Shown here: positions 57,503 through 64,000 of the stretch, piece after piece
Layout of the letters: every line of letters starts with the position of its first letter
How positions within the stretch are numbered: the stretch's first letter is position 1
Source: Bacteroidetes bacterium CG12_big_fil_rev_8_21_14_0_65_60_17
Lineage (GTDB): Bacteria; Bacteroidota; Rhodothermia; Rhodothermales; UBA10348
Direction: 5' to 3'
Length of the DNA: 64,000 bases
NCBI GenBank assembly: GCA_002787815.1
Contig: PCUY01000075.1
Coordinates: 11,406-75,405, forward strand
Made by a program: the position numbers and the translations under genes
The notes under the pieces: model-generated
Told to the model about the DNA's origin: nothing
Seen by the model: only the letters and a program-made list of their open reading frames with translations
Databases searched by the model: none

Positions 57503-59549
57503 TGGTGAGACGATCGTCGGCCTCGAGCACCGTGTTCGCGCCGGGAACAGCGCTCTGCGTGCCCCGGCGGATAAGGGCCACGATGGTACCCGTCGGGAAG
57601 CCGGCCTCGCGCAGGTGGCGCCCAATGAGCTCGGCGGTTTTCCCCTTTCCATTTAGTGTGAGCGTGAAGTAGCGGTCGTGGCGTAGCAGCGTTTCCCGTA
57701 GTTCCTGTTCTCCGTCCGCCGCGAGCCATTGTTCCAGAAAGTCCGTCTCGTCAATGCGACCGGCGATGTTGGCCAGTGTCCGAAGGTGCTTCCCGGGTGG
57801 CGTCTCCGGGCTGACCAGGAAAAAGATGGCGTGCACGGGGTCTTTCTTCTTCTCGGTATCCAGGTCAAGGCCCTCAGCGCAGCGAACCATGAGCAGGCGT
57901 GGTTCATCGATAATGGCGAGCCGTTGGTGGGGCAGGGCCGCCCCCTGGCTTACCGGAGTCAGTCCGTAGGCGTAGCCGTCCATGAAATTGGCTGCCAGTT
58001 CCTTCGACGTCAGCGGAACATGCGGGGCGATCAGGTCCGATGCCCGGGCCACGATATCCTTATACGGAATCCGCTCGTCCAGGTCCAGCACAATGGCATC
58101 GGTGACAAGTTTTTCAAAAGGCGACTCGTCCGTGATCCCCTTTTCTTTCAGGATGGAGCGCAGCTCGCCGTCGAGTCCCTCGTAGCGGTACTGTCCGAGG
58201 CGTGCGAACAGATGATAAATGGCACCTTCGCGCTCCACTTTGATGTTGTCCCGGACGTAGTAGTGGTACCAGAAGAGCCCCAGCAACATGATACCGGTAC
58301 TGACCACAATGGCCAACCATCCCATCTGGCTGATCAGTATGAAGGGTGTTACGATGCCCGTGATCTGGATCCACGGATACCAGGGGCTGCGGTAGGCCGG
58401 CACGTAGGACGGAATATGGCTCTCCCGCATGACGACCACCGATACGTTGACGAGCGCAAAGATCAACAGTTGAAATGCACTGGCCAGCTTCGCAATACCC
58501 TGCACATCAAGCACGACGATCACGAGAATCATGAGCGCAGCCGTGACCAGGATACTCCGGGTCGGGGTTCCGAATCGCCCTACCGCGGCCAGGCGCGGCG
58601 TCACCAGATGGTCCCTGGCCATGGCCAGGGGATAGCGGGAAGCCGACATGATACCGGCATTTCCAGTCGATGCGAACGCCGCGACGGCCGCGATCACAAT
58701 CAGGAGCAGGCCTGCCGGCTGCGGCAACCAGTCAAAAAAGCTTTCGGCGGCCGTGGCAACCGGTGTCAGGTCGCTTCGCAGTTGATCGGCATCGAGTACG
58801 GCAATCATGATGAACACGCCGACCACATAGATGAGCGTAGCTGTCGCGAGCGAGAGCATCATGCCCAGGGGGATGTTCCTGTCCGGGTTGCGCACTTCTT
58901 CTGCAACGCTGGCGACCTTCGTCAGGCCTGCGTAGGAGACGAAAACCAGTCCGATCGTAGCCAGAAGACCACTCACCCCGAACGGTGCGAACGGTGTGAA
59001 CTGTTTGGAGACCGTGTCCCGGCCAAGCGACACGACCTCGGCCAGCCCCTGCGCTATGAAAAACGCCAGCACGCCCACCATCACGACAACCAGAAACCGT
59101 TGCAACCCACTCGTTTCCTTGGCTCCGAAAATATTCAGCGCCGTGAACACAACCGTCAGGGCTATGGCCAGCGGCTTCACTGGAATGTCCACGAAGAAGA
59201 CCAGATAGGCTCCCATGCCGACGAGTGCGAACGAGCTTTTGAGCACCAGCGCAAGCCAGGTGCCTATGCCGCCAATGGTGCCGGCCAGGGGCCCGAGACT
59301 GCGGTCCAGGAAATAATAGGAACCCCCGGCGCGCGGCATGGCCGTACTCAGCTCTGCCATGGACAGCATGGCCGGCAGGATGAGAATGCCCGCAATGAAA
59401 TACGCCAGGACGGTCGACGGTCCAGCGCTTACGGTGGCAATCCCCGGCAGGAGGAAAAACCCCGAGCTGAACATGGCACCCGTACAAATGGCATAGACGT
59501 CGAACAGACGGAGGTCTTTTTTCAGTTTCTGCTTGGGCAACCTGGGCAT
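57429..59549 (-). CDS. APC-family amino acid/cation permease fused to PTS EIIA-like and TrkA-C (RCK_C) domains
   Basis: GAMFSSGFFLLPG, ELSTAMPRAGGSY, FVSYAGLTKV, SRYPLAM; EIIA GAALPH...HAIFFLVSP...HLRTLA.IA; RCK_C LIGRHLRE..FP.G.IVALIRRG...PG.NTVLEADDRLTIIG. Confidence 0.88.
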   Translation of the reverse strand: MPRLPKQKLKKDLRLFDVYAICTGAMFSSGFFLLPGIATVSAGPSTVLAYFIAGILILPAMLSMAELSTAMPRAGGSYYFLDRSLGPLAGTIGGIGTWLALVLKSSFALVGMGAYLVFFVDIPVKPLAIALTVVFTALNIFGAKETSGLQRFLVVVMVGVLAFFIAQGLAEVVSLGRDTVSKQFTPFAPFGVSGLLATIGLVFVSYAGLTKVASVAEEVRNPDRNIPLGMMLSLATATLIYVVGVFIMIAVLDADQLRSDLTPVATAAESFFDWLPQPAGLLLIVIAAVAAFASTGNAGIMSASRYPLAMARDHLVTPRLAAVGRFGTPTRSILVTAALMILVIVVLDVQGIAKLASAFQLLIFALVNVSVVVMRESHIPSYVPAYRSPWYPWIQITGIVTPFILISQMGWLAIVVSTGIMLLGLFWYHYYVRDNIKVEREGAIYHLFARLGQYRYEGLDGELRSILKEKGITDESPFEKLVTDAIVLDLDERIPYKDIVARASDLIAPHVPLTSKELAANFMDGYAYGLTPVSQGAALPHQRLAIIDEPRLLMVRCAEGLDLDTEKKKDPVHAIFFLVSPETPPGKHLRTLANIAGRIDETDFLEQWLAADGEQELRETLLRHDRYFTLTLNGKGKTAELIGRHLREAGFPTGTIVALIRRGTQSAVPGANTVLEADDRLTIIGEPDGISMLQERFRDRDARQAP

Positions 59550-59671
59550 ACGGGCCTTGTGTGGGTGATCTGTAGGGCGAAGGTACGCCGGAGTGCATTT
59601 TCAGCAGGATCGTGCGAGCCTTATACTCTGTCCTACTCTTTTCCGCTTTGTCGCACCGAGGGAATATACGC

Positions 59672-61735
59672 ATGAATGAGGGGCACTCAGGCACGTCAGA
59701 CGCCGCAGCCGCCGGCATGTTGCCGCTTGTGGTGTGGTTGACCTGTTTCGGGGTGTGCATTCCAGGCAGTCCCAGCGCGGCGGCAGCCCAATCGGCGACG
59801 GGCTGGCCGCCGGTTGTGACCTCACATGTCGCGCCGACGACGCATGTCCCGTCACGCGCACACCTGGCGCCTGGCGGGCACGCCGCCGCCGACCATTTCG
59901 ATGTTCTCTGGTACGACCTTGATCTGGATATTGACCGCAGCCGCGCCGCCGGGCAGCAGGAAATCCTGGGCCGCGTCCGCGTACAGGGCCGCGCCCTCAC
60001 CGCGCTCGATTCCATTCGAATGGATCTGTCCTCACACATGAGCGTGTCCAATGTGCGGGATGTGGCTCCGGGCGGGACTTCGCTGTCGTTCCGCCACGAG
60101 CAGGACATTCTATGGATACGGCGCCCGACGGCGACGCACGAGACCGTGCAGCTGGAAATAACCTGGTCCGGGACGCCTGTTCCCACTGGATTCGTCTCCT
60201 GGTCGTCCGGTACGCGATTCGGTGAGCCGTGGTACTGGACGCTCAGTGAGCCCTATGGCGCGCGTTCGTGGTGGCCGGCGGATGACCACCCCTCGGACAG
60301 GGCCGATTCCGTGCGCGTGCGCGTGCGCATGCCCACGCCCACACGGGTCGGCTCGAATGGCCTGCTCACCGCCCACGTGGATCACGGAGACGGAACGGCA
60401 ACATGGGAGTGGACCCATCGGTACCCCATTGCACCCTACCTCATATCGATCGCGGCCGGTACCTACGATGTCTACGAGCAGCGCTACATCCGGCCCGATT
60501 CGTTGGCCGCGGACCTCGGGGCGCTCTCCCTTCCGATCGTGCACTACGCCTATGCCGGATCGGATGCGTTCGACGGTATCGACGCGTTTTCAGGGTGGAA
60601 GCGGGTGTTGGATGTGTTCCCGGAACTCGAGTGGTGGTACGGTTCGTACCCGTATCCGGACGAGAAGTACGGCCACGCCCATGTGACATTCGGCGGCGGC
60701 ATGGAGCACCAGACCATGAGCTCCATGGGTAACATCGGCCTCAATCTCATTGTCCATGAACTGGCCCACCAGTGGTTCGGAAACGCCCGCACACTCGGCA
60801 GCTGGCGTGACCTGTGGCTGAACGAGGGTTTCGCCACGCAGGCGGAAATCCTGTACCTCGAAGCCCGGCAACCCACTTTCGAGGACGAATACAACTTCCT
60901 CTTTCCCCTGTACAGGGATCGCGCCCTGCAGGCCGAGGGCACGCTCACGCTCCAGGACACGCTGCGCGTCGACAACATGTTTGCATTTCCCCGCGTCTAC
61001 GGCAAAGGGTTCATGGTACTTCGCATGCTGCGTACCCTGCTTGGTGATGCAGCCTACCGACGCGCCCTGCAAACCTACATGGCTGCTTCTGACCGTCCTG
61101 CTACCCCCGGCGACCTGCAGGCGGCTCTTGAGGCCGAGTCCGGCCAGGACCTGGGGCCGTTCTTCGACGCCTGGGTGCATACCGGTTGGGGACATCCCGC
61201 GCTCGAGCACACCTGGAACGCGACGCCGGATGGCGCCTTCTGGGAGATGGATCTGACCGTGCGGCAGGTGCAGGAACAGGACGCCTCCAACATCCGTGCC
61301 TTCCCCATGCCGCTCCCGGTACGGATATCGCTGCGGGACGCATCTACCCTGCAGGAAAGTCGGCGCGACACGCTGCTCGTGCTCGACCGGCAGGAGGAAA
61401 CCTTCCGGATACGGATGTCCCAGGAGCCCGTGGGTGTCTCGATTGACCCCGAAAGAAAGTCACTCTGGGTAGATGCGGCGGCCACGACGTCCGTGGCCGA
61501 TGTGCCGGAAGCATCCACTCCGGTGGTTGACATTTTTCCGAATCCCGCGCGCCAACGTGTTTCCGTACGGATCGGTGCGCCGGGAGATGTGCTTGTTGTG
61601 GATGCCCTGGGCCGACGTATCAGCAGTCAATATCTTCCTGCAGGTACGCACCGGCTCGACGTGGGACACCTTCCCGCCGGGGTGTATGCCATTCGCGTCG
61701 GGTCATATTCACGCGCGTTCATGGTAGTCCGATGA
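59672..61735 (+). CDS. M1-family zinc aminopeptidase with T9SS C-terminal sorting domain
   Basis: SEPYGARSWWP..DHPSD, GGMEH, HELAHQWFG, WLNEGFAT, VYGKG; CTD IFPNPA...DALGR...LPAGVYAIR. Confidence 0.92.
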   Translation: MNEGHSGTSDAAAAGMLPLVVWLTCFGVCIPGSPSAAAAQSATGWPPVVTSHVAPTTHVPSRAHLAPGGHAAADHFDVLWYDLDLDIDRSRAAGQQEILGRVRVQGRALTALDSIRMDLSSHMSVSNVRDVAPGGTSLSFRHEQDILWIRRPTATHETVQLEITWSGTPVPTGFVSWSSGTRFGEPWYWTLSEPYGARSWWPADDHPSDRADSVRVRVRMPTPTRVGSNGLLTAHVDHGDGTATWEWTHRYPIAPYLISIAAGTYDVYEQRYIRPDSLAADLGALSLPIVHYAYAGSDAFDGIDAFSGWKRVLDVFPELEWWYGSYPYPDEKYGHAHVTFGGGMEHQTMSSMGNIGLNLIVHELAHQWFGNARTLGSWRDLWLNEGFATQAEILYLEARQPTFEDEYNFLFPLYRDRALQAEGTLTLQDTLRVDNMFAFPRVYGKGFMVLRMLRTLLGDAAYRRALQTYMAASDRPATPGDLQAALEAESGQDLGPFFDAWVHTGWGHPALEHTWNATPDGAFWEMDLTVRQVQEQDASNIRAFPMPLPVRISLRDASTLQESRRDTLLVLDRQEETFRIRMSQEPVGVSIDPERKSLWVDAAATTSVADVPEASTPVVDIFPNPARQRVSVRIGAPGDVLVVDALGRRISSQYLPAGTHRLDVGHLPAGVYAIRVGSYSRAFMVVR

Positions 61736-61753
61736 ACGCCCATCGCCTATATT

Positions 61754-61999
61754 TCAGCGGGCCGTCAGCGGCACGGTGTTGCCCTGGCAGTCGACCGTCT
61801 CACCCGGCTTGGGGCGCTGGGTCGGTGCATCGGAGACCGGAAGCGGGGGGTCACAGTCCTTCGGAACGTAGTGGGAGTGGTTCCCGTGCGGCACTTCCAT
61901 CCAGGGATCGGAATTGAACGCGTTCAGGGAGTCCATGAGGACGAACAGAAGAAACAGGCCCAACAGGGCAAGCAACCAATACCGGGTTTTTCCAGGCAT
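61754..61999 (-). CDS. Small membrane-anchored protein with a single histidine-triad motif (HxxHxH)
   Basis: MPGKTRYWLLALLGLFLLFVLM TM anchor, then WMEVPHGNHSHYVPKDC...DC; alternative start 62038. Confidence 0.7.
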   Translation of the reverse strand: MPGKTRYWLLALLGLFLLFVLMDSLNAFNSDPWMEVPHGNHSHYVPKDCDPPLPVSDAPTQRPKPGETVDCQGNTVPLTAR

Positions 62000-62036
62000 G
62001 ACCGAACTCACAGACTGTAAATGGGCCTGCACGCCC

Positions 62037-64000
62037 ATGGTGTGCACGGTGTTCCTGCGGGCACTGTGTGTGGGGTGCATTCTGCTGCTGGGTTGTGTCG
62101 TTTTACCGGGCATCTGCAGTGTGGCCCTGGCGCAGGATGGACATGCCGAGCCGGACGGACCCCAGGGATATATCATACGTGGTATTGTCCGTGACGCGGG
62201 CTCCAGGGTAACGCTTCCCGGAGCCAACGTGGTGGTTTCGGACAGCCTGGGACAGGTCGCCGCTGCTGCATCGACCGGGGACGACGGGCGCTATGCCCTG
62301 CGCGTTTTGGCAACCGGTCGCTATGCAGTGCAGGTCACCTTTGTCGGCTATGCGGTTTCCACCGATTCACTTCTGGTCGATGGGGAGGTGACCGAGCACA
62401 ATGTGCGTCTCCGGGCCGTGACGGCTTTCATGGACGAAGTCATTATCGAAAAGACATCGCAGAGCGATGAGGATTTTTCAGCCGGAATGACAAGGGTCGA
62501 TGCGAGCGATCTGCGGCGCGTACCGACGCCGGACGTGAGTTTCGATCTGGCGGGCTACCTGCAGTCCAGGCCCGGCGTGGTTACGACAGGCGACCGGGGC
62601 GGAGGACTCTTCATCCGTGGCGGAACGCCTACTCAGAACCTGATCCTGCTCGACGGTATACCTGTGTTCCAACCGTTCCACATCGTGGGCTTTTTCAGTG
62701 CGTTTCCGGCCGACAACATTGCCTGGGCGGACGTTTACGCGGGCGGATTTCCGGCACAGTTCGGGGGACGCATGTCGTCGGTCGTGGACATAGCCACGCG
62801 GAACGGTGATACGCACAACTACCGTGCGTCAGCGTCCATTGCACCCTTTCTGAGTGGCGTGCGGCTTGAGGTGCCCATGTTGCAGGAGCGGGCATCGGTC
62901 GTTCTGTCATTGCGGGAATCGGTCATTGACATCGTTTCAGAGGATCTTCTCGGTGAAGATCTTCCCTTCCGTTTCGGTGACAGGTTCGCCAAGTTCCATG
63001 CCCATCTGAATGCCACCTCGTCGGTCAGTGTGACCATGCTGCAGACCTTTGACGAGGGAAACCTGGACAGCACCGATGACGCGCTCTCCCGCCGATCCAC
63101 CTGGAAGAACGATGCCTACGGGGCGCGCTACAGGTACATTCCACCGGAGTCGGCCGTGATGACCGAAATCATGTTTTACTACTCGCGCCTGAGAAGTCGC
63201 TTCCGTGCGACACCCGATGATCTGCGCACGTCAGATATAGACGACCTTTCCATGCGGTTTGATTTCGTGTACCTCCTGGGTCCGTCCGAAGTCCGATTCG
63301 GCATGTTCGGTACGGCCAACTCATTCAGCTTTGACACGGGACGCAACAGCCGGGCGAACAATGGCGGCATGTCGAGTGGGGGGATGTTCGTGCAGTCTCG
63401 TATTGCCCTCTCCGACGCCGTCCGGATTGAACCAGGCGTGCGTCTTGAGGCCTTCTCGCGCGGGCAGGGCACCTCGCTCTCTCCCCGACTGAGGGCATCG
63501 TGGCAAATCGGCGGCGTGGGTGCGCGGCACCGCCTGAGTGCGGCCTGGGGCATGTACAAGCAGCAGCTCGTGGGTCTGAACCGGGAACAGGATATTTCGG
63601 ATGTCTTCACCACGTGGGCTCCCTCACCGGATTCCGACACCGTACCGGAGGCTACCCACCTGATCCTGGGATGGAAGGGGGTCGCTGCTCCATGGCTGGA
63701 GTTCTCGGTGGAGGCCTACCGGAAATGGTTGGATAATATTGCCTGGCCCGTTACAACGCGCGAATTGAACAGTCTGCCGGCGGCATCCACAGTCGACGGG
63801 ACAGCAGAGGGTGTGGACGTGGGCATGTCGGTCCGGACGACACGCGTGGGCGTCGACATCGGATACAGTCTGGCGCGGGTGGAATATCGAAGAGAGGCCC
63901 AGTTTTCGCGCAATTTCTTCCCGACGGGACTGACCCAGACCATTCGTGTAGATGCGCAGTCCTTCAATCCGCCCCACGACCGGCGACACCAGGTGAATGC
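62037..64000 (+). CDS. TonB-dependent receptor with N-terminal carboxypeptidase-regulatory-like domain, 3'-partial (absent from ORF track)
   Basis: Manual translation from ATG 62037: signal peptide ..VALAQ, IRGIVRD...LPGANV, TFVGY, DEVII, PGVVTTGDRGGGLFIRGG..QNLILLDGIPVFQPFH.VGFFSAF, FGGRMSSVVDI; I saw no in-frame stop in the part I translated and the ORF track reports none, consistent with a run-off. Confidence 0.88.
   Translation, partial: MVCTVFLRALCVGCILLLGCVVLPGICSVALAQDGHAEPDGPQGYIIRGIVRDAGSRVTLPGANVVVSDSLGQVAAAASTGDDGRYALRVLATGRYAVQVTFVGYAVSTDSLLVDGEVTEHNVRLRAVTAFMDEVIIEKTSQSDEDFSAGMTRVDASDLRRVPTPDVSFDLAGYLQSRPGVVTTGDRGGGLFIRGGTPTQNLILLDGIPVFQPFHIVGFFSAFPADNIAWADVYAGGFPAQFGGRMSSVVDIATRNGDTHNYRASASIAPFLSGVRLEVPMLQERASVVLSLRESVIDIVSEDLLGEDLPFRFGDRFAKFHAHLNATSSVSVTMLQTFDEGNLDSTDDALSRRSTWKNDAYGARYRYIPPESAVMTEIMFYYSRLRSRFRATPDDLRTSDIDDLSMRFDFVYLLGPSEVRFGMFGTANSFSFDTGRNSRANNGGMSSGGMFVQSRIALSDAVRIEPGVRLEAFSRGQGTSLSPRLRASWQIGGVGARHRLSAAWGMYKQQLVGLNREQDISDVFTTWAPSPDSDTVPEATHLILGWKGVAAPWLEFSVEAYRKWLDNIAWPVTTRELNSLPAASTVDGTAEGVDVGMSVRTTRVGVDIGYSLARVEYRREAQFSRNFFPTGLTQTIRVDAQSFNPPHDRRHQVN

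Overview
High-GC chromosomal window with no CRISPR array, tRNA/rRNA or mobile element that I could detect. The taxon is most likely Rhodothermota/Rhodothermales (inference from T9SS C-terminal sorting domains, the Bacteroidota-type dcw gene order lacking murF, and the Bacteroidota-type BtuB/BtuG pair). Left end (1-8.6 kb): accessory block with pqiC, a secreted DUF3494 ice-binding protein fused to two tandem cohesin domains and a T9SS tail, two small membrane proteins (one missing from the ORF track), a MOT1-type transporter, an HTH-less TetR-like protein with an ABC1 kinase, and a choice-of-anchor-B protein. Middle: recF, M48 protease, MaoC, DUF3047+MMPL, two GT4s, uvrA, a BatA/VWA protein, hflX, a CBS protein, gyrB, GT2-GT4-methyltransferase and pyrG. 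Next is a LexA-family repressor divergent from the dcw cluster (mraZ-rsmH-ftsL-ftsI-murE-mraY-murD-ftsW-murG-murC-ftsQ-ftsA-ftsZ). Right end: a degenerate GH2-like membrane protein, an orphan GT-A protein, MlaC-like and TolC genes, a cobalamin riboswitch with btuB/btuG-like/BFD genes, an APC-EIIA-TrkA_C fusion transporter, a T9SS M1 peptidase, a mini histidine-triad protein and a partial TonB-dependent receptor missing from the ORF track. Strongest leads: (1) the lexA/mraZ intergenic hub, with two GTGTA-N6-TACAC palindromes, an 11-bp-phased DnaA-box array, MraZ repeats, and a LexA whose catalytic Lys is Arg; (2) the ice-binding/cohesin scaffold; (3) a minimal Pht-like HxxHxH protein head-to-head with a TonB receptor; (4) a candidate structured RNA after ftsZ; (5) a possibly split HpnN/HpnM-like lipid export system. 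All family calls come from motif recognition by eye; no database searches were run.
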